Shown piece by piece: positions 17,844 to 30,470 of a DNA stretch of 64,000 nt. The notes under the pieces are model-generated. The model was given only the letters and a program-made list of their open reading frames with translations, ran no database searches and was not told where the DNA came from. The position numbers and the translations under genes are program-made. Position 1 is the stretch's first letter. Every line of letters starts with the position of its first letter. This DNA is from Planctomycetota bacterium (GTDB lineage Bacteria > Planctomycetota > UBA1135 > UBA2386): NCBI GenBank assembly GCA_050181465.1, contig JBFXDD010000005.1, positions 125,587 to 189,586 on the forward strand, given 5' to 3'.

Positions 17844-19613
17844 TCAACCGCCGAGATCCGTGGTCAGCAACCAGCTCTGACGATGCGCCAGCTGCGCGGA
17901 AGTCGGCAAGTCAACGCCGACGATGCTCACCTTGCCGGGTCGCATCGAACCGGGCTCGACTTCAATCGTTTCGATCTTGCCGCGCCTTGCCAGCAACACC
18001 GCGACCTTGCTCGCCGACTTGGCGCGCGCCGTCCAGATCGAGTCGAAGGCCTTGGGCTCGACGCGCAATCCATCGATCGCAAGGATCTCGTCGGAAGGGA
18101 ATACTCCCGCGAGATCCGCGGGAGAACCGTCCTTGACCGCCGCCGCTCGCGTGCTGCCGACGTCGAATCGCACGCCGAATTCCGGGACCGTCGAAGCACG
18201 GGTGTCGAGTCGCAGGCCGAACAGTTCGAGCGCAGCGTCGACATCGGGATCGAATGGACCCTCGATCCAGGCTTCGACTTGTGATGCGAGCGAACGACCT
18301 GCCGCTTGGTCGATGGCAGCGATCACGTCCTCGAAGTCGTAGCCGCGCCCCTGCTGCCAGGTGGAAGCCCACAGCGCTCGCACGGCGTCGTCGAGCGTTC
18401 GAGTGCCGGCACTCGCGCGGCGAATCGCCGCATCGATGAGGAAGGCCGCGAGAGCGCCGTTCGTGTAGTAGTTCTGGGAGACGTTGCGCGTGCTCTCGTC
18501 GGGGCGATACAGGAGCAACCACGCGTCGAAACTGGAAGCGCCGAGAGAGAGTCGACGTCGACCGGGATTGTCGAGCATCGCATCGACATGCGAGGCGAGT
18601 CGCGACAGGTAACGCCGGACACTCATCACTCCCGCGCGGCGACACAGCAAGTCGTCGAAGTAGGCAGTGAAGCCTTCGGCGACCCACAACAATCGAGTGG
18701 GGTTCTCCGTCTCGTAGTCGTAGTTCCAGAACTCACGCGGTCGCATCCGCTTCACGTTCCACGCGTGCAGATACTCGTGGGCGATCAGGGACAGGAAGTC
18801 CTCGTACTCCTCTCGATCGTCGAAGGTGTGGCGAGGTGCCAGCAATACGGAACTGTCGCAGTGCTCCAGGCCGCCGTGACCTTGATCACTGAACAGCGAG
18901 AGGAATGCGTAGGAGGTGAATGGCAACGATCCGCCGAAGACTGCGGCCGTGACCTCGAGCACCGATCGCAGGTCTCGCGGGAAGTTCGCCGGCCAGGCGA
19001 AGGGCTCCAGACCGGCAGCGACGAAGTGATGGGGCACTCCATCGATCGCGACCTCACAGCGTCGACTTCCGCCGACCAGAACCGGGGTATCCATCGCGTG
19101 GTCGAGGTCGGCAAGACTCACCTCCGCGACCAGCGCACTCACGCGCGAAGCCTCGATCCCACCGGCAAACACGAGTTGATCGGGGCCGGCGAGCCTGATC
19201 TGCAGCGACGCAGAACAATCGCGCGCTGGTTGGCCACCCGCACCGATGGGCCAGAGCAACACGTTCGCAGCGTTCCAGAACGCGAGATCAGGCTGGACGT
19301 AGCTGGTCCTAACCGTGAGGTCGCGGGCGTAGACCGACCAGCGGAGGTCGAGCGTGCCGTCGGCGAGCACCGGAACGCGCCAACGATTCTTGGATCGCTT
19401 CGCGCACGCAACCTCGCCTCCGTCGAGGGTCCTGGCGCGAACGTCGCGCACGAGGCGCGCGAACTCGCGCACCAGGTAGCTCCCGGGGGTCCACACCGGC
19501 AGGAAGACCTCGGCCGACCCGCCCTTGTCGCTCGTGACCTCGCAGCGCAACCGGAAGTGGAGGAGTCGACGGCGGACGTCGCTCAGGTCGACTTCGTATC
19601 GAAGGGGCGTCAC
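17844..19613 (-). CDS. M61 family metallopeptidase (glycyl aminopeptidase-like) with C-terminal PDZ domain
   Basis: Zinc motif context [17 protein letters not shown] and a C-terminal PDZ-like segment ([23 protein letters not shown]). The tracked ORF start (GTG 19649) overlaps the tRNA 3' end, so the in-frame GTG at 19613 ([10 protein letters not shown]) was preferred. The start remains uncertain. Confidence 0.8.
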   Translation of the reverse strand: MTPLRYEVDLSDVRRRLLHFRLRCEVTSDKGGSAEVFLPVWTPGSYLVREFARLVRDVRARTLDGGEVACAKRSKNRWRVPVLADGTLDLRWSVYARDLTVRTSYVQPDLAFWNAANVLLWPIGAGGQPARDCSASLQIRLAGPDQLVFAGGIEASRVSALVAEVSLADLDHAMDTPVLVGGSRRCEVAIDGVPHHFVAAGLEPFAWPANFPRDLRSVLEVTAAVFGGSLPFTSYAFLSLFSDQGHGGLEHCDSSVLLAPRHTFDDREEYEDFLSLIAHEYLHAWNVKRMRPREFWNYDYETENPTRLLWVAEGFTAYFDDLLCRRAGVMSVRRYLSRLASHVDAMLDNPGRRRLSLGASSFDAWLLLYRPDESTRNVSQNYYTNGALAAFLIDAAIRRASAGTRTLDDAVRALWASTWQQGRGYDFEDVIAAIDQAAGRSLASQVEAWIEGPFDPDVDAALELFGLRLDTRASTVPEFGVRFDVGSTRAAAVKDGSPADLAGVFPSDEILAIDGLRVEPKAFDSIWTARAKSASKVAVLLARRGKIETIEVEPGSMRPGKVSIVGVDLPTSAQLAHRQSWLLTTDLGG

Positions 19614-19646
19614 GACAGGCCGGGGGCGCGCGGTTGCGATGGAATG

Positions 19647-19720
<74 letters not shown>

Positions 19721-20084
19721 TTGTTTTTCGCAAAGGCGAAAGAGATCGAAGATCCCTTCGCGAGGCTCCCGGGGTGACCGGCCCCGTGTGATATCCGTGC
19801 CAAAGGGGGAAAACAACCGGCGCGGGCCGCCGGCGGCACTCGGACCCCCCCCGCCGGTCGGGCTCCGACGAGGGCTCCGAACGGCAGCGAGGGGGAAACC
19901 GGTTACCGCGCCGAGGTGGGGTACTTGTGGTCCTTGAGCTCCTAGGCTTCAATCTGTCGTAGATTTCGTTGTCCGAACCGTGTCCTAGGTTGCTCTCCCC
20001 GAGCCGAGGCGCGGGCGGTTCGCAGCCCACGCAGGATCGACGACCCTCCGAGCCTGCGTCGGGAAGTGCGAACAGCAAGTCCGA

Positions 20085-21095
20085 GTGGCGAAATCCAAGC
20101 CGATGCTGCCGAATCGATCGCAAGACCAAGCAGAGAACCGAACGCCGTGGCGTTGGTCATGGCCGCTCATGACGGGCGCGCTCGCAATCGCCGCGTCGAT
20201 TGCATGGACGACAGCTCCGTGGATGATCACGGGAGGAGATGACGGTGGAGATGGAGCCGCGCCCAATGGAGTGCTCGCGGCAGCACCCGCCGCGATGCCG
20301 CAGGGCGGATTGGTCGACACTGACGGCGACCTCTTGCCGGACTGCGTGGAGTTGCCGCTGTTGCTGGATCCGAGTGCGGTCGATAGCGACAGCGACGGGA
20401 TCGACGACTTCCTCGCCGCCGCGCAGTTCCGGCGACCCTTCGACCATCCTGGTTCGCCGCGACCGATGGACGACGAGATGCGGGTGGTGGTCTCCGCCTC
20501 GGAGAACGTCGCCGGGGTCGAGTCGGTGTGGGTCCACTTCCTCTTCCGATTCGTCGGCGCGAATCTCGGCGAACTGCGTGGGATCACACCCTTCCTGGAT
20601 CTCTCGGGCACGCGCTACTCGTTTGCCAGCATGATCGGCGCCGGCGGCGTCGCCATGAGCACCCGAGTGGATCCCGTCGAGGGGCTCTTCTGCGTCGCCT
20701 CCTTCGAATTGCTCAATCTGGAAGCTTTGCGGAACATCCTGCCGTGCACGGTGGGTGCGACCGCGATGGTGGGCAGCCGACTGATCCATTCGGGGGCATA
20801 TCTTCAGGACGTCGCCGGGGTCGTCACGGTGCTCACCGCCGCCGACGACGACAAGGGAATGGTTGTCCCGCTCGATCCAGCTGCCACGGACGATCCCTTC
20901 TGGACCTCGGCGCGAATCTGCGTCATGCAGTTGGAGGTCATGTCCACGACGCCGAGCGGTTCGCTCTGCGAGGTGCGCAACGCGGAATGCATGTCGAGCG
21001 GTCGCCTAGCCTGTCCGCCGACTTGCCTGCAATCGCGGGGCTCGTCGATGTTCTTCCCCAACGGGTTGGGGACCGTGACCGGCAGCGGCCGCTAG
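20085..21095 (+). CDS. Secreted hypothetical protein with thrombospondin-type-3-like Asp-rich calcium-binding repeat
   Basis: Motif DTDGDLLPDCVELPLLLDPSAVDSDSDGIDDF. The likely signal peptide begins at MTGALAIAASIAW (ATG 20169), so the true start may be 20169 rather than GTG 20085. The TAG stop lies inside repeat copy H. Confidence 0.45.
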   Translation: MAKSKPMLPNRSQDQAENRTPWRWSWPLMTGALAIAASIAWTTAPWMITGGDDGGDGAAPNGVLAAAPAAMPQGGLVDTDGDLLPDCVELPLLLDPSAVDSDSDGIDDFLAAAQFRRPFDHPGSPRPMDDEMRVVVSASENVAGVESVWVHFLFRFVGANLGELRGITPFLDLSGTRYSFASMIGAGGVAMSTRVDPVEGLFCVASFELLNLEALRNILPCTVGATAMVGSRLIHSGAYLQDVAGVVTVLTAADDDKGMVVPLDPAATDDPFWTSARICVMQLEVMSTTPSGSLCEVRNAECMSSGRLACPPTCLQSRGSSMFFPNGLGTVTGSGR

Positions 21096-21213
21096 TCCGA
21101 AGGATTCGTGAGCATCTGCTGCGATCGCCGCAAGCCGCGCTCGGCGGCGGCGCTACGTGCCGAGCATCGACCTGTGGCGATCTCGCGACGACGTTTCCGA
21201 ATAGTTCGGGCTG
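21092..21213 (-). repeat. Nested-palindrome intergenic element, medium form (copy H, reverse orientation)
   Basis: The reverse complement CCAGCCCGAACTATTCGGAAACGTCGTCGCGAGATCGCCACAGGTCGATGCTCGGCA...CCGCCGCCGAGCGCGGCTTGCGGCGATCGCAGCAGATGCTCACGAATCCTTCGGACTAG aligns end to end with copy F, apart from an internal deletion of roughly 64 bp. Confidence 0.88.
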
Positions 21214-21428
21214 GGCATTCGCTCCGGCAGCTCGTTGCCCCGGTGGAGTCAGTGCGGCATTGAGTGCGGTATGAGCCCCTTGTACGCTCCAAGCCGCTCT
21301 CCTCGACGGACTTCGGTCAGATTCCCAATTCGGGCCGAGCCCCTCTCACGCGCGGACTTTCCACACCGTTACGGAACATCCGGATCGGTCCTGGTCGTCC
21401 GAACCGCCATCCGCTGCCGTCTCCACTC

Positions 21429-22142
21429 GTGACCTTCAACGCCCAATCCTCCGACCTCGAACTGGTCGATGCCTGCCGTGATGTGCAGGACGATCGCTTC
21501 GAGACCGCCTTCGAGGAGCTGTATCGGCGCTATCGAGACCGGGTCTACTCGATCGCCTACCGGATGACCGGCTCGGCGAACGATGCGATGGACGTGGCCC
21601 AGGACACCTTCCGCGTCCTGTTCCTCAAGATCGGCACCTTCCGCGCCGACGCACTGTTCAGCACCTGGTTGTTCCGCATCGTGGTGAACTGCGCTTCTGA
21701 TCACCGTCGTCGTCTCCACGGACGACGACGCGCAGTTCCGCGAGCGATGACAGATCTCGGCCATGAACCGGATCCGACCGATCCCTCGGACAGCCCGATG
21801 GACGTGGCGGCCTCCAGCGAAGCCGGTGAGCACGTGCATGCCGCGCTCCTGCGGCTGAGCCCCAAGCTTCGGGCCGTGCTGGTGTTGCGCTACTTGGAGG
21901 GGCTCAGTTACGAGGACCTGGCGGTCGCGCTCGCCGTGCAGCCCGGCACGATCAAGTCGCGCCTCGCTCGTGCTCACGTTGCTCTCGAGCGAGAGCTCTC
22001 CGGAAGTGCGGAAGCGCTGGGGTTCGGGATCCCCGGCTCTCGCAGCCGATTCTCCAGCGCCGGTTCGGCCGACGAGTCGATGGACGATCCGCCGGCAGGC
22101 CCGGATTCGTCGGGCTCAAGCCGACGACAGGGGGTCGCATGA
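21429..22142 (+). CDS. ECF-type RNA polymerase sigma factor
   Basis: Sigma2 (FEELYRRYRDRVYSIAYRMTGSANDAMDVAQDTFRVLF...FSTWLFRIVVNCASDHRR) and sigma4 (LSPKLRAVLVLRYLEGLSYEDLAVALAVQPGTIKSRLARAHVALERE) are present. The start is taken as the in-frame GTG at 21429 and is uncertain. Confidence 0.8.
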   Translation: MTFNAQSSDLELVDACRDVQDDRFETAFEELYRRYRDRVYSIAYRMTGSANDAMDVAQDTFRVLFLKIGTFRADALFSTWLFRIVVNCASDHRRRLHGRRRAVPRAMTDLGHEPDPTDPSDSPMDVAASSEAGEHVHAALLRLSPKLRAVLVLRYLEGLSYEDLAVALAVQPGTIKSRLARAHVALERELSGSAEALGFGIPGSRSRFSSAGSADESMDDPPAGPDSSGSSRRQGVA

Positions 22143-22846
22143 GCCCGCGGGAATCGATCCTCGATCGACTGCCGATGTCGAACGCCGAGTTGGCGGCACT
22201 CGAAGCCGATCCCACGGTGTCGCCCTCGGACCTGGAGTTCGCCCGCGCCGCTTCACGACACATCGCCGCGCTGCGCGCACTGCCGGCGGCGCCGGCGGTC
22301 GATTGGAGCGCGGTTGGCAGTGACTCGGTCGGCCGCAACACGGCTGCGCCGCGTCCGTCGGCGAGCCGCGGGCCCAAGGTCACGCTTCCTGGCCTGGAAG
22401 CCTTGCACGAGTCGATCGCGGACGAGTCAGCCGCGAGGTTGCCGGGGTCGGTGAAGGCGATTCTCTCCCAGCCGCTCACCCCGCCTCGCGAGATCGACTG
22501 GAGTGCCGCGGTGCTGGACCACCTGCAAGGTTCGCCGCTGCGGAGTCGACCGGACGCCGTGGGCAGAGCCATTTCCCCGCCGTCCCACGCGACCCCGGGC
22601 TGGCTCTGGCAGCGAATCCGCGGCGATGTGAAGGAGCTGCGCTCGCGCACGCGTCGAGTTCGCGGCGCTTGGGTGGCCATGGCCGCGAGCCTGATGCTCG
22701 GCGTTTGGGCCGCCACGATTCTCCTCGGTCCGGATCGCTCGGAGCGCACGTCGCTGACGATTTCTTTCCAACGGGTCGACCAACCCTTCGTCTCCGGCTT
22801 CTCGACAGGTTCCATTCTCGCGGAGGTGCGACGTGGTTCGCGTTGA
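22139..22846 (+). CDS. Putative membrane-anchored anti-sigma factor (positional call)
   Basis: The ATG overlaps the sigma gene stop (ATGA). It has a single TM helix near the C-terminus (AWVAMAASLMLGVWAATILLG). No zf-HC2 motif was seen. The role is inferred only from position after an ECF sigma gene. Confidence 0.35.
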   Translation: MSPRESILDRLPMSNAELAALEADPTVSPSDLEFARAASRHIAALRALPAAPAVDWSAVGSDSVGRNTAAPRPSASRGPKVTLPGLEALHESIADESAARLPGSVKAILSQPLTPPREIDWSAAVLDHLQGSPLRSRPDAVGRAISPPSHATPGWLWQRIRGDVKELRSRTRRVRGAWVAMAASLMLGVWAATILLGPDRSERTSLTISFQRVDQPFVSGFSTGSILAEVRRGSR

Positions 22847-23936
22847 CTCGGCACGGCGGTCGACCTGCGTCACGCTGCTCGCGGTCCTGACCACGCTGTT
22901 GGTCAGCTCGACCGATCGTGCAGTCGCTCAGACGCAGTCGCCGGGCGAAGTCACCTTCGCGTCGATCGCGAACGCGCGACACCGGACCTGGGCTGAGATT
23001 CGCCAGACTCGGTCCGTGCTCCACGTCGGCGGGACGTCCTCGAGCGGTGGTTCCGGAAGCTCCCAGCCGAGCCTGTCCTGGGACTCTGTGTCCGAGTCCT
23101 TGATCCTGGCACCTGATGCGCCCGATGGCTCCTCGCGCTTCCGCTTGGACTTCCTCGGGATCCCCGGCCAGATCCTCGATCCAGTCGAGCATTCCCTTCG
23201 GGCCGCGACCCATGCGTCCCAGGCGGGCTTCCTCCACCAGTTCGGCGGTTTCCAGATCGCTGATCCGACGCGGGCAGCGCAGTCCTACCGGATCGTCCCC
23301 ATCGATCGACGAGTTCGTCTCTCGCGCCCCACGATCCGCGTCGCCGTCGTTCCGATTCGACTCGGCCGCTCGGCATGGATCCTCGAGCTGGATGCGGCGA
23401 CTCACTATCCGCTCTATTCGGCGGAGGTCTCTGCCTTCGGATCGATCGTCGGCACTCTCGAGGTCACGAGCTTCACCCTCACCGACCCGCGCTCGGTCGA
23501 CTCGGTCGAGTGGTGGGAGCCGTCCTCGCTGCTGCGCACTTACGGTTCCGTTTCTGCTGCGGTCGGATCCCTCGACGGTACGCCGCGTCCGATTCTGCCG
23601 GAGCCTGCCGACCTGCCAGAGGGTTTCGACTTCCTTCAGGCTCGCACCGTGTTGAACGACCTGCGCGCGGAGTCGAGCCTGGTGCTGATCTACGGGGATG
23701 GGATCGCCTCGATCTTCGTGGTCGAGACCTTCGGCGTCCCTGCGCCGAGTCTCCCAAGTCCGGTGCCCGGAAGCGGAACCAAGCCCTACGCCGTGTTCTT
23801 CTTCCACGACCAGAGTTCGCTCCAGCTCATGTTCCAAGTGGGCGGAGTTCAGACGATCGTGATCGGCGCAACTGGCGAGTTCGGCGTCCTCTCGCTCACC
23901 GAGCGTTTGCTCGAGCGAGCAGTCGGCGTTCGCTGA
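22833..23936 (+). CDS. Secreted protein, third gene of the sigma operon (possible RseB/MucB-like role, unverified)
   Basis: It overlaps the previous gene by 14 bp and has a signal-like N-terminus (CVTLLAVLTTLLVSSTDRAVAQ). The size and position resemble RseB/MucB-type periplasmic regulators, but I cannot confirm homology. Confidence 0.35.
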   Translation: MVRVDSARRSTCVTLLAVLTTLLVSSTDRAVAQTQSPGEVTFASIANARHRTWAEIRQTRSVLHVGGTSSSGGSGSSQPSLSWDSVSESLILAPDAPDGSSRFRLDFLGIPGQILDPVEHSLRAATHASQAGFLHQFGGFQIADPTRAAQSYRIVPIDRRVRLSRPTIRVAVVPIRLGRSAWILELDAATHYPLYSAEVSAFGSIVGTLEVTSFTLTDPRSVDSVEWWEPSSLLRTYGSVSAAVGSLDGTPRPILPEPADLPEGFDFLQARTVLNDLRAESSLVLIYGDGIASIFVVETFGVPAPSLPSPVPGSGTKPYAVFFFHDQSSLQLMFQVGGVQTIVIGATGEFGVLSLTERLLERAVGVR

Positions 23937-24127
23937 ATCAGTCGCAGAAATCGGACAGCGTCGCGCGAGCGCGACCCGCTGGTCGGACAGATCGGACTCG
24001 GACCGGTCGACGATTTCGGATCGATCCCGGCAAGACTCCTTCGCAAGGGTCGGTCCGTGCGTCGATGGTTTCGCCGCACATTGGCATCCCGGCTGCTTCC
24101 TGGTCTCTCAGCCCCCAGGAGACACCG

Positions 24128-24550
24128 ATGGATTCCGAACGCTTCCCTGATTCTCGCGACCAAGCCAACACTGCTTCCCGGGAATACCGGACCAAGCTGC
24201 TGACCAAGCTCAACTGCCTAATCGCCGTTCTCGACGTCGCCCTCGCGAAGGTCGGTCGGAGCATGGAAGAGCCCGGAGCCAACAGCGAGCGCCTGACGCG
24301 CATCCGAACCAACCTCGAGAACACGTTGGCGATCTGTCATCGAGCTCGACGGACCCTTCAGCGAGCCATGGAGGGCGGTGCGGTAGAGAACAGCGCCGAG
24401 GCCGCGCGGCGGCGCATGAGCTATCGCGACTACGTCGAACTGACCAGCATCGAGGAGTACCGCAAGTTCAAGACACTGCCGCCGATCTCGGCCGAGGAAC
24501 TTACGACGACCGACCTCGACGACCTCCTTCGTCGACTCAGCGGGAGTTGA
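24128..24550 (+). CDS. Small helical hypothetical protein (140 aa)
   Basis: The ATG at 24128 is preceded by AGGAG 7 nt upstream (cccAGGAGacaccgATG). The sequence is predicted helical (LTKLNCLIAVLDVALAKV, LENTLAICHRARRTLQRAM). No family was recognised. Confidence 0.45.
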   Translation: MDSERFPDSRDQANTASREYRTKLLTKLNCLIAVLDVALAKVGRSMEEPGANSERLTRIRTNLENTLAICHRARRTLQRAMEGGAVENSAEAARRRMSYRDYVELTSIEEYRKFKTLPPISAEELTTTDLDDLLRRLSGS

Positions 24551-25132
24551 TCCGCGTCTCCTTGACGCATCGCCCCGTGGCCGCCGCTTCGCCACCACGG
24601 CTGGTGGTGCCGGTGTTCAAGAACTCCTGAGTGCCCTGCGGAGTCGCTGAGCAGAGTCTTCCCGGCTCGCGCGGCTGCGACGGCCGAGCCGACGGCGCGA
24701 CATCGGCGCATCCGAACTCTCTTCCAGGACTCTAGAGCGTCGGCTCACGACGATTCCCCACCTCGGAGCGCGCGTCCTGTCACCGCGAATCGGCCCCATT
24801 CCTCGCCTGTCGGGTGCCCCGTCGAACGTTCTCCACAGTTCGAACGACCTGAAGATCAGGTCGGTGACAAGCCACGAAACCAAGACCAACAACAAGACAT
24901 CGCTCGGCCAGGAGTCCGGCAAGCAGCGGCGGCTGCTCCCATCGACGGCGAAGCTCGCGAAACCTCGCAGCGACCCGCTCCTGAAGGCATTCGACGGTGT
25001 TCCCCAGGGGCCGTGCAGCTACATTCTCGGGGCTCGCTAGGCCGCACCCTCTCCCCTACCTCGAACCGTCGCGGGGAGAGGTTGGCGTGCTCCTCGAGCC
25101 TCCGTGCACCGGCCCTTTCCCCGCCCCAAGAC

Positions 25133-26226
25133 ATGAAGATCCTCTGCGATCGGCAAGAGTTGCAGGATGCCTTCGCCGCTGTCAGTGGCATCCCGCCCGT
25201 CAAGAGCACCAAGACGGTCCTCCAGAACGTCTTGCTGCGTGCCGAGCCCGAGCGTGTCGTGTTCCTCGCGACCGACAACGAGATGACCGCACGCGCCACG
25301 CTCCGGTCCGTGAAGGTATCGGAACCCGGCAGCATCCTGCTTCCCTGCCGAGAGACGAGTGCGCTGATTCGCGAACTGAGCGAGCCGACGGTCGCGATCA
25401 AGGCCAGTTCGGACCGCTGTCGGATCGAGAGTGGTTCCGGTTCGTTCGATCTCCTGAGTGCGGATGTCGATCAGTTCCCGCCGGAGCCCAAGCTGCAGGC
25501 CGAAGTCGAACTCGAGGTTTCGATGAAGGACATCCTGCAGATGTATCGGCGAACGTCCTTCGCCTGCGCCAAGGAAGAGACTCGTTACGCCATCAACGGT
25601 GTGCTCATCGATTTCGTCGACGGCTGTCTTCGGATGGTCGGCACCGATGGTCGTCGCCTCGCCCTCGCCTACACCAACATCGCCACCCAGGCTCCGCGCA
25701 TCCGAGCGGTGGTGCCGCTCCGCGCCCTGAATGCCTTGACCAAGGCGTTCGCCGACGACAGCGAAGCCATGTTGACGATCGGCATCGCGCGATCGCAGAT
25801 TCGCTTCGAAGCGGCTGGGAACCTGCTGGTTTCGCAGTTGCTGGACAACCGATTCCCCGACTACGAGCAGGTCATTCCGAAGGCCGCGGAGACGGTCATC
25901 GAAGTGGACCGACAGGAACTGGAACGCAACCTCCGCCGCGTTGCGGTCCTCGCTTCGAACGACATCCGCATGGTCGCTCTCGAATTCGCCGACGGCAATC
26001 TCGACATGCGCGCGGAGAGTTCCAGCGTCGGCAAGGCCCATCTCACGATGGCTGTCGACATGAAGGGCAAGCCCGTCAAGATGGGATTCAACCCCGACTT
26101 CCTCATCGAAGCCCTGCGCGTCTCCGAGTTGGACACGATTCGTATCGACGTCGTCGACGGTTCGGTTCCGATCAAGTGCGCGCTCGGTGAGTCCTATAGC
26201 TACATCCTCATGCCGATCGGCGCGTC

Positions 26227-26230
<4 letters not shown>
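25133..26230 (+). CDS. dnaN: DNA polymerase III beta subunit (sliding clamp)
   Basis: Start at ATG 25133 (MKILCDRQELQDAFAAVSGIPPVKSTKTVLQNVLL). It has typical clamp features (FLATDNEM, RYAINGVLIDF, MVGTDGRRLA, SYILMPI). Confidence 0.92.
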
Positions 26231-28975
<2,745 letters not shown>

Positions 28976-29009
28976 TCGATACTGACCGAGCGACCCAAGA
29001 CGCCGAACC

Positions 29010-30470
29010 ATGGACCGATTCCGACAGGCCTTCGGTATCGCGACGATCGTCGCCGCGATCGCGCTCGGCGCGTGGTTCTTTCGTCTCTTGGCAGACGACG
29101 GCAAGTCGGGACTCTTCGAACTGCGGATCGAGTTTCGCGACGTTCGCGGACTCAAGTCCGGCGCTGATGTTCGGTACCGCGGAGTTCGCGTCGGCACGGT
29201 GACGAGCGTTTCGATCGGACTCGACGGCGAGAAGGGTGTGGTCTCCCTGCTGCTCGAACCCGATGGCTCTCGACTCGCGCGGCAGGCGAGTCGCTTCTGG
29301 GTCGTCGTCCCTCGCTTCGGCGGCCTCACATCGGGCGCGACCGGGCTCGACACCCTCGTGCGCGACGCCTACGTAGCGTTCCTCACCGAGGAGATCGAAT
29401 CGCCGGAACTCGCGGCCGGCAGCCTGCTCGCCGGGCTCGAGCGTCCGCCGGTCGACCGAGCCATGGCGGACCTCGATCCTATCGAACGCGGCGACTTGCT
29501 GATGACGCTCCTCGTTCTCGAGAACGGCGGCATCGATGCCGGCGCATCCATTCAGTTTCGAGGGATCTCCGTGGGCGAGGTGCGGCGCGTCGAACTCGCG
29601 TCGACCGGAACACACGTCGAACTCACGCTGCGAATTCGCGAACGATTCCGTACGACGGTCACGGACAAGACCAGCTTCTGGGTCGCCAAGCCACGCGTGT
29701 CGGGTGCCTTGCTGCGCGGCATCTCGTTGGACGATGTCGGCGCCTTGCTCAGCCCGTTCATCGGCTACCACAACCAGGACGAGCGCGGTGTGCCCGTTCC
29801 GGACGGCTATCGAGCGGTCGCGCGGGAGGAACGGCCCGACACCTCGGCCAGCGAGATCCCGGCCAGCGCTCGCGAGCAGCCGCCGACACAACCGCGACTC
29901 GCGTCGGGCGAGGTCATCGCCGTCGAAGTGATCTACGAGTGCACCGAGGAGGACTGGCTGAGTCCGAACGACGAGGAGAAGCGACGCGGCTCTGGCGTGA
30001 TGTTCGTCGATTCTCAGGGTCGCACGGCGGTGTTGACGGTGCGCAGCCTCTGTGACGGTGCCTCGTTCATGGCCGACACCTTCGGTGGTGTCGAGATCAA
30101 GAGTGAGGCGATTCGCGTGGTGGTCCCGAAGGTCGGCGTGTTTCGAGCCGGCCGCACCTGGATCGACCCGGCGGGCGGGGAGCTCGCGTTGCTGATCCTG
30201 GACGGCGTCCCACCCGACCTCCCGGCGACCTTGTCCTCCGCGATGGAGTTCGAGGCCGACGTCGACACTGCGGACGGGTTCTTGATCGCCGGTGCCGAAC
30301 ATCCTGCAACGCTCACCAACGGACTACCCTCGTTGGCGGATGCCCGCGGCGGGATCCTCGTGCGTGGCGGGACCGTGGTCGGACTCGTGGGCCGAAGCAC
30401 GTCGGATGCTGCCAAGCCGGCGCGAATCGCCCTGAGTTCGGTTCCGGCCGGGCTGAGGCCGCGGCCGTGA
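29010..30470 (+). CDS. MCE/MlaD-PqiB-like protein (N-terminal TM, two MCE domains) with C-terminal degenerate trypsin-like domain
   Basis: TM helix AFGIATIVAAIALGAWFF. MCE-type stretches are VRGLKSGADVRYRGVRVGTVTSV, RFWVVVPRFGGLTSGATGLDTLV, IQFRGISVGEVRRVEL and SFWVAKPRVSG. The C-terminal ~170 aa resembles a chymotrypsin fold (GSGVMFVDSQGRTAVLT, ELALLILDG, GGILVRGGTVVGLVG) but lacks the catalytic His and Ser. Confidence 0.7.
   Translation: MDRFRQAFGIATIVAAIALGAWFFRLLADDGKSGLFELRIEFRDVRGLKSGADVRYRGVRVGTVTSVSIGLDGEKGVVSLLLEPDGSRLARQASRFWVVVPRFGGLTSGATGLDTLVRDAYVAFLTEEIESPELAAGSLLAGLERPPVDRAMADLDPIERGDLLMTLLVLENGGIDAGASIQFRGISVGEVRRVELASTGTHVELTLRIRERFRTTVTDKTSFWVAKPRVSGALLRGISLDDVGALLSPFIGYHNQDERGVPVPDGYRAVAREERPDTSASEIPASAREQPPTQPRLASGEVIAVEVIYECTEEDWLSPNDEEKRRGSGVMFVDSQGRTAVLTVRSLCDGASFMADTFGGVEIKSEAIRVVVPKVGVFRAGRTWIDPAGGELALLILDGVPPDLPATLSSAMEFEADVDTADGFLIAGAEHPATLTNGLPSLADARGGILVRGGTVVGLVGRSTSDAAKPARIALSSVPAGLRPRP

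Noticed and set aside
24829-24837. The DnaA-box-like TTCTCCACA upstream of dnaN as evidence for oriC.
   Set aside because: I found only a single near-match and no cluster, and dnaA is not adjacent. The AT-richer stretch is short. This is not enough to call an origin, so it is kept only as a low-weight note in the dnaN finding.
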